NCBI GenBank assembly: GCA_963699155.1
Contig: OY969414.1
Location: forward strand, 32,001 to 96,000
DNA length: 64,000 nucleotides
Source: an uncultured Chlamydiales bacterium
GTDB lineage: Bacteria > Chlamydiota > Chlamydiia > Chlamydiales > JAAKFR01
Direction of reading: 5' to 3'
The notes under the pieces are model-generated. The model searched no databases and was not told the DNA's origin. It was given only the letters and a program-made list of their open reading frames with translations. Below are positions 48,486-59,630 of this stretch, one piece after another. A program made the position numbers and the translations under genes. Every line of letters begins with the position of its first letter. Positions within the stretch are counted from its first letter, which is position 1.

Positions 48486-48836
48486 ATGTTCCGATCAGAG
48501 TTTTCTAGAGAAGAATTTCCTAATATTCAACCAGCATATCTCTCTTCACAAAACATGAAAGAGAGTGCCGTTAGGGCTCGCATCGTTTTCGTATTAGGCC
48601 TTATCGGAACGATTGCTTCAATCATCATTTTGACTCTTGGCTGTTCATCAATTTTTGGACCTAATAGAAGTCCGGGGTTCATTGGATCTATTACCAGTGG
48701 CTCTATTGGTACATTTCTTTTCTCTGTACCTGCCGCTGTTTTACTCATCTCGCGCCATCTAGAAATGAAAACTATAGAAAATGAATTAAAAAGTATTAAT
48801 GAAGCTAATGGCAAAGAGTCTGTCTTTGAAAAATAA
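48486..48836 (+). CDS. Inc-like small membrane protein
   Basis: Bilobed hydrophobic hairpin followed by a charged, coiled-coil-like tail; RBS aggaaa. Confidence 0.7.
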   Translation: MFRSEFSREEFPNIQPAYLSSQNMKESAVRARIVFVLGLIGTIASIIILTLGCSSIFGPNRSPGFIGSITSGSIGTFLFSVPAAVLLISRHLEMKTIENELKSINEANGKESVFEK

Positions 48837-48865
48837 GGTCCTTCGCGATAGCGAGCCAGGGGTCA

Positions 48866-48924
48866 TTTTTTCTTAATTTGACAGCATTGCCTTATAACCC
48901 CAATGCTATCAAATTAAGAAAAAA
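48866..48924. repeat. 24-bp inverted repeat (1 mismatch, 11-nt loop)
   Basis: ttttttcttaatttgacagcattg / caatgctatcaaattaagaaaaaa. Confidence 0.85.
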
Positions 48925-48973
48925 AGGCCTCTAGATTAGCTCTGATTGGCTTAAGCGACTTTTACCTGCAACT

Positions 48974-49066
48974 AAAACAAGATAAGATGATCGGCTAACG
49001 TCGGTAAGATAAGCAAGCTAATCTTGCCTATCCTGCCAGCGTAAGCTGATCATCTTATCTTGTTTT
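48974..49066. repeat. 44-bp imperfect inverted repeat (5-nt loop)
   Basis: aaaacaagataagatgatc...gcaag / cttgc...gatcatcttatcttgtttt; outer 19 bp perfect. Confidence 0.85.
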
Positions 49067-49107
49067 GGCCCCCACTGAGACACTCAGCTGCTGACGCAGC
49101 CTCGGTC

Positions 49108-49596
49108 TCAGGCGAGGGTGGGTGCTGGGCCTGGGGGAGGCTGATCTGATGAGATGTGGGGCTGGGTGGAGATGCGCTTGTGGTAGGCGTAGACCATCAT
49201 TCCGATGGCAATAGTTCCTGAGAGAGTGGCAACTCCAATTAAGGCGATTCCGAGCTGGGCAGAAGTCAGGACGCCAGATGCGCCAAGGGCGCCAAAAGTG
49301 ATGATGAGAGCTGCGAGGCAGAGACCCGAAATCCAATCGACCTTTCTTGTGGCAAATGAGCCGCCCAGCAGCTTAGCCCCTGCATATCCCACGCCGAGAC
49401 CTAAAGCTGTCCAGCCTGTGGTGTGGGAGGGGAAAGCGTGCGCCGCTGCAGTAATTCCGATGATTAAAAGAGCGATCATGATGCAGCTGCCCAGAAGATG
49501 GGTCATCCGTGTCTGATCGCTCTTGTTTCCGATCAGGTTGTCATAATCGTCTTTATAAGTAGCGCCATATCCCGCTACACGAGTGAGTGAGCACAT
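49108..49596 (-). CDS. Inc-like membrane protein, paralog A
   Basis: Two hydrophobic hairpin repeats; Pro-rich C-terminus. Confidence 0.7.
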   Translation of the reverse strand: MCSLTRVAGYGATYKDDYDNLIGNKSDQTRMTHLLGSCIMIALLIIGITAAAHAFPSHTTGWTALGLGVGYAGAKLLGGSFATRKVDWISGLCLAALIITFGALGASGVLTSAQLGIALIGVATLSGTIAIGMMVYAYHKRISTQPHISSDQPPPGPAPTLA

Positions 49597-49609
49597 ATTT
49601 TTAAGAAAC

Positions 49610-49634
49610 GAGGGAGTTTCCTCCCTCTTTTTTT
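49610..49634 (+). terminator. Intrinsic-terminator-like hairpin between the Inc-like paralogs
   Basis: gagggag-tttc-ctccctc followed by T7 on +; weaker tail on -. Confidence 0.5.
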
Positions 49635-49656
49635 AGCCCCAAAAAGGTTGTTCTTA

Positions 49657-50121
49657 CTATCGTTCTGCTCCTGCTAGAGCCATGCAAGCACAAGGTGCAC
49701 AGCAGTAACAACAGACAATACCGATTGCCAAAATAGCAAGCGTGGGACCGATGACACACCAACCTGCGACAACGGGAGTGACAATCCCTGCGACAGCTAA
49801 AGCTCCGATGACAATGAGGGCTATAGTGATCAGCAAAGGAATGGCATTAGCAGCCTTTTCCCCTGGAGTTCTTCCAGCAATGGCGCCTATGACATAACCA
49901 ATCAGTGAGGGGATCGATAAGCCAACGATGCACCAGCCGATGGTCACACCATTCATGGCCCCTGCTGCTGCGACACAGCCGATAACGAAGAGAGCGATCC
50001 CAATAAGAGCATTACAGCTCTGAGTGCTGATTGCGACTGTTTGGGCTAGATCACCCTCTTTTTGTAGATGCTGAGCTTTAACAGCTTCAGGCATCGATAG
50101 ATTTAAACTAAGAGAAGACAT
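49657..50121 (-). CDS. Inc-like membrane protein, paralog B, Cys-rich tail
   Basis: Two hydrophobic hairpin repeats; C-terminal CCYCCAPCAC; RBS ggagg. Confidence 0.72.
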   Translation of the reverse strand: MSSLSLNLSMPEAVKAQHLQKEGDLAQTVAISTQSCNALIGIALFVIGCVAAAGAMNGVTIGWCIVGLSIPSLIGYVIGAIAGRTPGEKAANAIPLLITIALIVIGALAVAGIVTPVVAGWCVIGPTLAILAIGIVCCYCCAPCACMALAGAER

Positions 50122-50223
50122 TAAACCTCCAATTTAAAAATGAAGGTCTATTATAATGGTATTGGTTTAAGAATTCATCAAGAAAAAAAAGAGTTTACAA
50201 TTGCAGCTCATACCTTGTAGACC

Positions 50224-50252
50224 TTGCTTGATAAGAGAGGATTCTGTATAAT
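50224..50252 (+). promoter_or_regulatory. Putative sigma-66 promoter of the nucleotide translocase
   Basis: TTGCTT-N17-TATAAT, ~85 nt upstream of the ATG. Confidence 0.5.
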
Positions 50253-50337
50253 AACGCTCTCCTTAAACAGCTAAAGACTGCAATGTCGAGCTTCGCCTTC
50301 ATCGTTTTTTCTCCCATTTTACTCACTGGATCTTGTC

Positions 50338-51885
50338 ATGGCGCGCGCTAAAGGCACTTTTTCTCCTTTGAGAGCCTATTTCTGGCCGATCCACTCCTAT
50401 GAGCTGCGCAAATTTCTGCCTCTGTTGGCAATGGCCTTCTTCATCGGATTTAATTACAACATCCTGCGCAATATGAAAGATGCCCTGCTGGTCACTGCAG
50501 ACCATTCGGGGGCAGAGGTCATCCCTTTCATCAAAGTCTGGGGAATCGTGCCGGGCGCTCTCCTTCTCACCTTCATCTACAGCCGGCTCAATAACCGGTT
50601 GAAGCGCGACCACGTCTTCTCTGTGATGATCGTGATCTTCCTCGTCTTCTTTGCTCTCTTTACCTTCTGCATCTATCCTCTGCAGAATGTGATTCATCCT
50701 CACCAGACAGCCGACCTTCTCGAAGCCCACCTCCCAAAAGGCTTCATGGGGCTGATTGCGATGTTCCGTTACTGGACCTTCAGTAGCTTCTACATCATGT
50801 CAGAGCTCTGGAGCTCGACCGTTTTGTCGATGCTCTTCTGGGGATTTGCCAATGAGGTGACTCGCATGCAGGAAGCGAAACGCTTCTATGGCCTCATCGC
50901 GATCGGCTTGAACGTCGCCGCCATCACTTCAGGCCAGGTCTCCTACTTCCTCTGCAGCACCCTCTTCAAATTAAACATTTCCTTCACAGCTAATCCTTGG
51001 CACCAATCGGTGATTCTTCTCACAACTGTGGTCATCCTCTCGGGACTCGCCATCCTAGGCATCTTCAGATATATCACCCGCGAGCTCCTTTCAAGAGAGG
51101 GCCACGAAGATGTCAGAATTATTCGGAAAGAGAAGATTAAAATGTCGATGCGCGAGAACTTTGCCATTCTCGGGCGCTCCAAATATCTCCTCTCGATCGC
51201 GATCATCGTTTTAGCCTATAACCTGGTCATCAACCTCGTCGAGGTAATCTGGAAAGATCAGGTGCGTCAGCTCTATCCCGACCCCAACCATTTCAACGCC
51301 TACATGAGTCAGATCACCACGATCACCGGCATCATCTCTTTCTTCACCTCTCTGCTCATTTCGGGACAGTTGATCCGCAAATTTGGCTGGACCCTCGGCG
51401 CTCTGATCACCCCTCTTATCCTCCTAGTAACCTCCTGCGCCTTTTTCTTCTTCTTTGGTCGTGATAGCATGGCAGGCGCATTGGCAATTCTCGGTACCTC
51501 TCCCTTAGCTCTCGTCGTCTTCTTTGGCTCTACGCAGAACTGCATTTCGAGAGCCTCCAAGTTTACCCTTTTTGACGCGACCAAAGAGATGGCCTTCATT
51601 CCGCTCAGCATCTCAGATAAGCTAAAAGGGAAAGCTGCTATCGATGGCGTCGGCTCCCGCCTCGGCAAGTCGGGCGGCTCGCTCATCCACCAAACCCTGC
51701 TCGTCGCCTTCTCTTCGATAGCCGCCAGCGCCCACATCGTCGCCGGCATTCTCTTCCTCGCTATCTTCTTCTGGATCGGCGCCGTCCTCTCCCTCGGCCG
51801 CCAGTTCAATGCCCTCCCCCATGCGCAACCCACACCCACACCCACACCCGAAAAACCAGCTCCCGAACTCGCCTCCGCCCCCTAG
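50338..51885 (+). CDS. ntt: Npt1/Npt2-family nucleotide translocase (TLC/AAA family)
   Basis: YELRKFLP, NYNILRNMKD, GAEVIPFIKVW, FWGFANE, EAKRFY, LFDATKEMAFIPL, KGKAAIDGVGSRLGKSGG; position next to pgsA/sohB/polA matches the npt2 locus. Confidence 0.95.
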   Translation: MARAKGTFSPLRAYFWPIHSYELRKFLPLLAMAFFIGFNYNILRNMKDALLVTADHSGAEVIPFIKVWGIVPGALLLTFIYSRLNNRLKRDHVFSVMIVIFLVFFALFTFCIYPLQNVIHPHQTADLLEAHLPKGFMGLIAMFRYWTFSSFYIMSELWSSTVLSMLFWGFANEVTRMQEAKRFYGLIAIGLNVAAITSGQVSYFLCSTLFKLNISFTANPWHQSVILLTTVVILSGLAILGIFRYITRELLSREGHEDVRIIRKEKIKMSMRENFAILGRSKYLLSIAIIVLAYNLVINLVEVIWKDQVRQLYPDPNHFNAYMSQITTITGIISFFTSLLISGQLIRKFGWTLGALITPLILLVTSCAFFFFFGRDSMAGALAILGTSPLALVVFFGSTQNCISRASKFTLFDATKEMAFIPLSISDKLKGKAAIDGVGSRLGKSGGSLIHQTLLVAFSSIAASAHIVAGILFLAIFFWIGAVLSLGRQFNALPHAQPTPTPTPEKPAPELASAP

Positions 51886-51898
51886 TCTTAAATTCAGA

Positions 51899-52070
51899 TT
51901 CAACGCAAAGACGCCAAGACGCCAAGACACAAAGAAGGAGGGTACGCGAAGCGCTCTTCTTTCTTTGCGCCTCTGCGTCTTAGCGTCTTTGCGTTGAATT
52001 TTGAAGAAGGCTTGGCGTCTTTGCGTTGAATTTTAACGAAGGGTTGGCGTCTTAGTGTCTTTGCGTTGAA
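51899..52070. repeat. REP-like palindromic element of 8-mer units with two extra right-arm copies
   Basis: ttcaacgcaaagacgccaagacgc... pairs with ...gcgtcttagcgtctttgcgttgaa; gtctttgcgttgaa occurs three times; lies between convergent ntt and pgsA. Confidence 0.88.
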
Positions 52071-52098
52071 TAAAATGGAAAGTTTTTCCTAGCGCGTT

Positions 52099-52608
52099 TT
52101 ATTGGGTGAGGGAGCGGCGGTAGCGGATCATTAGCTCGAGGAAGGCTAAGCCGGCCATCGCCATGAAGATGATGTAGACATAGGAGGGAAAGACGAAGTT
52201 GAGGGTGAGGCCGATGAGGACAACGAACTGAGCAACGGTGGTGATTTTGCCCCACCAGATCGCCTTGACCTCGTAGTTGGTCCATCCACGGACGAGACCG
52301 AGGAAGAGGCCGAAGAGGCAGATGGAGGCATCACGGGAGAGAAGGGCGCTGAGCTCGAAGAAGTTGATCTTCTCTTCCAGAAAGAAAATGCCTCCGGCGA
52401 AGAAGACGAAAAATTTATCCATGATGGGATCTAAAACAGCGCCAAACTGAGTGGTCATGCGTTGGCGGCGTGCCAGATAGCCATCGAGAAAGTCTGTCAC
52501 CATCGCCAGGATAATTGCAAGGAGGCGAATATAGGGATTGCTTTGAAGAAAGGCAAGTGCGAACCCAGCTCGAGAAAGTGAAAGGACATTAGAAAAATTA
52601 AGAATCAT
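52099..52608 (-). CDS. pgsA: CDP-alcohol phosphatidyltransferase
   Basis: NVLSLSR, TDFLDGYLARR....TQFGAVLDPIMDK, GKITT. Confidence 0.9.
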   Translation of the reverse strand: MILNFSNVLSLSRAGFALAFLQSNPYIRLLAIILAMVTDFLDGYLARRQRMTTQFGAVLDPIMDKFFVFFAGGIFFLEEKINFFELSALLSRDASICLFGLFLGLVRGWTNYEVKAIWWGKITTVAQFVVLIGLTLNFVFPSYVYIIFMAMAGLAFLELMIRYRRSLTQ

Positions 52609-53213
52609 GACTCGGTGGGCAGTTTATTACGCTTAATTCTTTTATACCAAATTAAACTTATCAATGCGACAAGAAATAAAGAAAAGATGACTATATTCGC
52701 GTATTTAACAAAATAAGAACAATTTTTACCACAAAAGTAGGCGAGTAAAAAGAGAGTCATGTTAGAGCAGAAGCAGGCGATGCCATCCGCTAATAAAAAT
52801 TTCCCGAAATGCATTTTCCCCATCCCAGCGGATGCAAAGAGGCAATTGCGAACTCCAAAGGGGATGAAACGGCCTACAAGTAGGGTGACGGAACCATATT
52901 TTTGATAGTATCTCTCAATCTTTTCCAATTTTTTAGGATGAAAGACCCGAGCAAACCAGCTGATTTTCCATAATTTAGGACCGAAATAGCGGCCCATCCA
53001 ATAGACAACCCAGTCGGAGATGTAGGCGCCGAGAAAAACCCCCAAAAAAAGTTTCAATGTATTCTCTGGCACGACCGTGCTGGCAAGAATGCCCGAGATA
53101 ACGATCAGGAGATCCTCACTGATGGGAACATTTAAGCCTGCCAGCATCAGGAGGCCAAAGACCACCCAATGGGCATATTGAGCATGGTCGACAATAAAGG
53201 GGATAAGATCCAT
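52605..53213 (-). CDS. DedA-family membrane protein
   Basis: GLNVPISEDL, SDWVVYWMGR, GRFIPFGVRN, AGM. Confidence 0.9.
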   Translation of the reverse strand: MDLIPFIVDHAQYAHWVVFGLLMLAGLNVPISEDLLIVISGILASTVVPENTLKLFLGVFLGAYISDWVVYWMGRYFGPKLWKISWFARVFHPKKLEKIERYYQKYGSVTLLVGRFIPFGVRNCLFASAGMGKMHFGKFLLADGIACFCSNMTLFLLAYFCGKNCSYFVKYANIVIFSLFLVALISLIWYKRIKRNKLPTES

Positions 53214-53295
53214 AATCCGAAAGATTTTAACAAAGTTGTGCTTAACTAGAAACAATAGTTTTCCAAAAAAGAAAACTTATGTAACCTGTTCCGTT

Positions 53296-54324
53296 ATGAA
53301 ACCTATCAATGAATCCGTTTTTATCAGTTCCGTTCGCGCCTTTTTCGTCACCCTGTTTGGGGCTCTCGGCATCGGTGCAGCCACTCTCGCCATTATTCTC
53401 TCCTATGTGCTGATTGTAGCCGGAATCAAGGAGGAATCGCTTCCTTCTAATGTCAAGGTCTTGGCTGATGCCTCGGGGAGCCGCAAGAAATTGAGCTCGA
53501 GCCATCCCGTCATTCTCGAAATTAGTTTTGATGGTGAAATCGGGAAAGATAAGCTGACTGGTAAGAATATTGAGGATCTGCTACTTGATACGCGCGAAGA
53601 TGCTCTGAAGGACCGGGTGAAAGGGATTCTTCTCGTCATTGACTCTCCTGGTGGTGGTGTCAACGACTCCGACAGGATCTATCGCCTTCTCAAAAAATAT
53701 AGAGAGCAATACAATATTCCGATCTATGCTTATGTCAATGGCTTATGCGCATCAGGTGGCTACTATATCTCCTGCGCCGCCAATAAAATTTATGCAAGCA
53801 ATATCAGCTTGATTGGATCGATCGGAGTTCTCTCCTGGCCCCCTTTCATGAATGTGACCGATACCATGAAGAAGATTGGGGTCAATGCTTTAACCTTAAT
53901 CGCAGGGACAGACAAAGATCAGTTGAACCCCTTCCGCGACTGGAAGCCAGATGAGCAGAAGCACTACCAATCGCTGATCAACTTCTTCTACAACGATTTT
54001 GTGCAGGTGGTCTCCCAGAACCGCTCCATTCCAAAAGAGAAAATTATCAATGAATTGGGTGCCAAAGTCTTCCCAGCTCCGGAAGCCATCTCTCTTGGAT
54101 TGGCCGATGTGGGTGAGAGTTCGCGTAACGAAACATTGACGGCTCTCGTGAATGCGGCTGGAATCAAGGATAAATACCAAGTGGTTGGTTATGAATCGGA
54201 AAGTTGGTGGAAAAAGCTGGTCAAAGAAGAATCGGACTCTCCGCTGCTCACAGGTAAAATTAAACATGAGCTCAGTTTGCCGACACACAACGGCAATCCG
54301 TTTAGCTTTATTTATCGTCCGTGA
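53296..54324 (+). CDS. sohB: S49-family peptidase (SohB/SppA-like)
   Basis: N-terminal TM; IDSPGG, CASGGYYISC, IGSIGV. Confidence 0.88.
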   Translation: MKPINESVFISSVRAFFVTLFGALGIGAATLAIILSYVLIVAGIKEESLPSNVKVLADASGSRKKLSSSHPVILEISFDGEIGKDKLTGKNIEDLLLDTREDALKDRVKGILLVIDSPGGGVNDSDRIYRLLKKYREQYNIPIYAYVNGLCASGGYYISCAANKIYASNISLIGSIGVLSWPPFMNVTDTMKKIGVNALTLIAGTDKDQLNPFRDWKPDEQKHYQSLINFFYNDFVQVVSQNRSIPKEKIINELGAKVFPAPEAISLGLADVGESSRNETLTALVNAAGIKDKYQVVGYESESWWKKLVKEESDSPLLTGKIKHELSLPTHNGNPFSFIYRP

Positions 54325-54341
54325 CACGCAAAAAAAGAAAT

Positions 54342-54507
54342 TAGACCTCTTGCGTAACCTCACGGGTGTAGAAAAAGGAGGGATTTTTGTTTAGATTTTT
54401 TTCCTCCCCTTTTCGACATACTCAAATTGAGTAGGCGAAAAGGGGAGAAAAAAAAGATAAACGAAAAGACCCCTTTTGCTGCCGCGGGAGGTAATGCAAG
54501 AGGTCTA
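54342..54507. mobile_element. 166-bp palindromic element resembling Rickettsia palindromic elements (MITE-like)
   Basis: Termini tagacctcttgcgtaacctc / gaggtaatgcaagaggtcta; inner stem ctccccttttcg / cgaaaaggggag. Confidence 0.8.
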
Positions 54508-54531
54508 TTAAACTCATAACCTTAATCGCTC

Positions 54532-57195
54532 GTGACCCACTCTCAACAGAAGCTATTTGTACTCGATGTTTCGGGTTTTATTTTTAGGGCCTATTTCGCT
54601 CTGCCCCCTATGAATAACGCTCAGGGAGAGGCGACTCACGCTCTCTTTGGCTTTATCCGCTCAGTTTTGAAGCTGATCAAAGATTTCAGTCCGGAACATA
54701 TGGTGGCTGTCTATGATGGTCCCGACAATAAAAAGCAGAGGCAAGAGCTCTACGAGCATTACAAGGCGCACCGCACCAAAGAATACGAAGACCTTCCAGA
54801 GCAGATTGAGAAGTCGAAAGAGTTCTGCACGTTACTCGGGATCCCTCAGGTCGAAGTTCCCGGTGTCGAGGCAGACGATGCGATGGGCAGCATCGCTACA
54901 TGGGCTGCAGCAGCGGGTGCGGAGGTCTATCTCTGCACTAGCGATAAAGATCTGGCGCAGCTCGTCACAAACAAGATTTTCGTCCTAAACCCTTGGAAAG
55001 AAAATCTCATCCTAGATGCTGCCAAAGTGGAGGAAACGTATGGGGTGCCACCAAAGCAGATCGTCGATCTTTTAGCGATCATGGGAGATAGCTCAGACAA
55101 TATCCCTGGCCTCTCCGGTTTTGGTCCCAAAACGGCCGTGCCGCTGCTCAAAGAGTTTGGATCACTGGAAAATCTTCTCGCCAATCCGGACAAGGTCAAA
55201 GGGCCGAAAAAGCAGGAGATGCTGCGCACCGAAGCCGAGCTGGCCCGTTTGAGCAAACAGCTCGCGACCATCTCTATCCAGGTCGATTTCCCCAAAGATC
55301 CGAACTACTTTGCCATCGCCAAGCCCAATCTCTCTGCACTGAAAGCCTTCTATCTCGACATGGACTTTGCCACCCTCGCGCGTGAGCTGGAAGCGGTCCC
55401 AGAGGTTGAGGAAAAAGTGGCCTACCACTTGGTCGATAGCCCGCTCGCCCTCCATCAGCTGGTGCAAACTCTGAAAAAAGCCCCTGAGATCGCTTTCGAT
55501 GTGGAGACGACTCACATCCGTCCCATGCGTGCCGCACTCGTCGGAATCGCCTTCTCAATTGCAACCAAAGAGGCCTACTATGTTCCCTTGAATGGTGAAC
55601 TGGACCGCAAACTAGTTTTAAATAGCCTCAAACCCCTCTTTGAAGATCCGACGCTCAAATTTATCGGCCATAATGCCAAATATGACCTGCACGCGCTTGC
55701 CAACGAAGGCATCGCTGTGGCCCACTTGAGCTTTGACACCATTCTAGCCTCCTACTTACTCAACTCCTCCAGTCGCCGCCACTCTCTCGATAACCTTGCA
55801 CTCCTCTATTTTGGAAAGGTGAAAACGCCGATCAAAGCGCTGATCGGAGTGGGAAAAAAGGAGATCACGCTTGACCAAGTTCCGATCCAGAAGGTGGCCG
55901 ATTATGGCTGCCAAGATGTCGATTATACGCTGCGACTAAAGCAGCTCTTTTCTCAGCAGCTCAAAGAGCGGGGACTCGAAAGCCTCCTTTATGATCTTGA
56001 GCTTCCTCTCACCTACCTTCTCTTCAAAATGGAGCGCACCGGCGTCTTTGTCGATCTCAAATCGATCGCTAGCTTCACCCAAGAGGTCATTCACGATCTC
56101 AAAAAGATCGAGGAAGAGATCTATGTTTTAGCTGGCGAAAGCTTCAATATCAGCTCTCCCAAACAGCTCTCGACGATCTTATTTGAAAAGATGGGGATCA
56201 AACCCCTCAAGAAGACGGCGACAGGCCATTCAACCGATGCCGATGTTTTGGAAGCACTCGCCGTGGAACACACCATTGCGAAAAAAATTCTCCAGTTCCG
56301 TTCGCTAGAAAAGCTGCGCTCAACCTATCTAGAGGTCTTACCGAACGAAATCCACCCAGAAACGCACCGGATCCATTCCACCTTTAACCAGTTTATCGCA
56401 GCTACGGGCAGATTAGCCTCCCAAGATCCCAATCTCCAAAATATTCCCGTGCGTACCTCCCAAGGGAAACGGATCCGAGAAGCCTTTCATCCTCAAGAGG
56501 CAGGCTGGAGCTATCTATCAGCCGACTATTCTCAAATTGAACTGCGCCTTTTAGCCCACCTCAGCGGTGATGAGAGTCTGATTGCCGCCTTTCGTGGGGG
56601 AGAAGATATCCATGCCTTTACCGCTTCCCTTGTCTTCGGCACCCCTCTCGAAGAGGTCAGCCCGTCGCAACGCTTCCAAGCCAAGGCGATCAATTTTGGC
56701 ATTATCTACGGCCAACAGGCTTATGGCTTATCCCAAGAGATCGGGGTCGATGTCAAAACAGCCCTCGCCTTCATCGAGAACTACTTCATCCGTTATCCCA
56801 AAGTCTTGGAATATGTCAATACCTCGATCGAAAGGGCGCGCAAAGAAGGAAAAGCTGTCACGATGATCGGAAGAGAGCGGGAAATCCCCGAGATTTTGAG
56901 CTCCAATTCCATTTTGCGCAGTGCCGCGGAAAGATTGGCCATCAATACCCCGCTGCAGGGTAGCGCAGCCGATCTGATTAAGTTAGCGATGCTCGAGATC
57001 GACCATCTCCTCAAAGAGCGCCACCTCCGCTCAAAAATGGTCATGCAAATCCATGACGAGTTGATCTTTGAAGCTCCCGATGAAGAGCTCGAGGAGCTCC
57101 ATGCTCTCGTAAAAAAAGGGATGGAAGGGGTCTTTGAACTGCAGGTTCCTCTCGTTGTCGACATCAATATTGGCAAAAATTGGGCGGAGTGTTAA
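54532..57195 (+). CDS. polA: DNA polymerase I
   Basis: 5'-3' exonuclease (FRAYFA, EADD, GDSSDNIPG), 3'-5' exonuclease (FDVETT, HNAKYD), polymerase (ATGRL, ADYSQIELR, QIHDEL). Confidence 0.98.
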   Translation: MTHSQQKLFVLDVSGFIFRAYFALPPMNNAQGEATHALFGFIRSVLKLIKDFSPEHMVAVYDGPDNKKQRQELYEHYKAHRTKEYEDLPEQIEKSKEFCTLLGIPQVEVPGVEADDAMGSIATWAAAAGAEVYLCTSDKDLAQLVTNKIFVLNPWKENLILDAAKVEETYGVPPKQIVDLLAIMGDSSDNIPGLSGFGPKTAVPLLKEFGSLENLLANPDKVKGPKKQEMLRTEAELARLSKQLATISIQVDFPKDPNYFAIAKPNLSALKAFYLDMDFATLARELEAVPEVEEKVAYHLVDSPLALHQLVQTLKKAPEIAFDVETTHIRPMRAALVGIAFSIATKEAYYVPLNGELDRKLVLNSLKPLFEDPTLKFIGHNAKYDLHALANEGIAVAHLSFDTILASYLLNSSSRRHSLDNLALLYFGKVKTPIKALIGVGKKEITLDQVPIQKVADYGCQDVDYTLRLKQLFSQQLKERGLESLLYDLELPLTYLLFKMERTGVFVDLKSIASFTQEVIHDLKKIEEEIYVLAGESFNISSPKQLSTILFEKMGIKPLKKTATGHSTDADVLEALAVEHTIAKKILQFRSLEKLRSTYLEVLPNEIHPETHRIHSTFNQFIAATGRLASQDPNLQNIPVRTSQGKRIREAFHPQEAGWSYLSADYSQIELRLLAHLSGDESLIAAFRGGEDIHAFTASLVFGTPLEEVSPSQRFQAKAINFGIIYGQQAYGLSQEIGVDVKTALAFIENYFIRYPKVLEYVNTSIERARKEGKAVTMIGREREIPEILSSNSILRSAAERLAINTPLQGSAADLIKLAMLEIDHLLKERHLRSKMVMQIHDELIFEAPDEELEELHALVKKGMEGVFELQVPLVVDINIGKNWAEC

Positions 57196-57795
57196 GATCG
57201 GAAGTAGAAGTATCAAGAAAATCGCTGTAACAGGCGGGATAGCATCTGGCAAAACAACAGTTTGCCGACTATTTGAGGAGCTCGGCGCTTATTATGTCAG
57301 CGCCGATGAGATTGTTCATCAGCTCCTTGTCCCTACAACAGACCTTGGACAAAAAGTGATCGCTCTCCTTGGCGACGACATTGTTGTAGGTGAATCGCTG
57401 AGCCGAGAACGGATCGCTCAAAAGGTATTTGATGATCCCCAACTGTTGCGAACATTTGAAAAATGGATTCATCCAGAAGTTCAGAGAGTAATCGATAGCA
57501 AATATAAAACCATCTCTCCTCAGAAATATCCCTTATTCGTCGCAGAAGTGCCGCTTCTCTTCGAAGCCCATCTGGAAGGCCATTACGATCTGGTGATCGT
57601 TGTGAAGGGAGAGGAAAAAGTCTGCAGAGAGAGATTCGACCAGCAATTTAAAGGTGAATACACCCGAAGAACTCAGAGACTGATGCCGATCGAAGAAAAA
57701 ATCCAAAAAGCCGCTGTCGTGATCGACAACAACGGCACCTTAGAAAATTTACGTCAAAACATTCAACCCCTATTCATTGCTTTGAAGGAAAACTT

Positions 57796-57799
<4 letters not shown>
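57134..57799 (+). CDS. coaE: Dephospho-CoA kinase (true start probably near 57190)
   Basis: IAVTGGIASGKTT, SADEIVH, IHPEV, EVPLLFE, VIDNNG. Confidence 0.93.
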
Positions 57800-59217
<1,418 letters not shown>

Positions 59218-59273
59218 TGTCATAATTTTTCGATTAGCTCATTAATTCTTAATATTTTATAATATTTTCCATC

Positions 59274-59630
59274 ATGGCTAATGGAATTCCTCCCACTTCA
59301 TCAAATTTCCCCTTATCGATGGAGTTGTTTGTTGCAGTTGTAAAAGATTTACCGATCACAGACTTGGCGCGAAGCTGTCTCGTCTGCACAACCTGGAAAG
59401 CCTGGATCGATAGCTTAGATCTTAGGCACCGGGTCGTTACACTCTTAACAACGGAAGGCGTCGATAAAAAAGGGTCTCTTATCCATATGATCAACTGGGC
59501 GGCCACCAGGAATTTACCTCTAGCTATTCTGTTAGCGCAAACTCTGCCCAATTTGGATGAGTTATTGGAGAGGCTACCTAACTACTTACAGAGCTTAGCT
59601 CAGGTCCGACCCACTTTAGCTCTCCAATGA
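59274..59630 (+). CDS. F-box-domain protein, N-terminal part (candidate host-directed effector)
   Basis: PLSMELFVAVVKDLPITDLARSCLVCTTWKAW matches the F-box pattern. Confidence 0.75.
   Translation: MANGIPPTSSNFPLSMELFVAVVKDLPITDLARSCLVCTTWKAWIDSLDLRHRVVTLLTTEGVDKKGSLIHMINWAATRNLPLAILLAQTLPNLDELLERLPNYLQSLAQVRPTLALQ

Noticed and set aside
51899..52070. Three gtctttgcgttgaa repeats as a mini-CRISPR
   Set aside because: Spacers are short and similar to each other, there are no cas genes, and the REP-like palindrome explains them.
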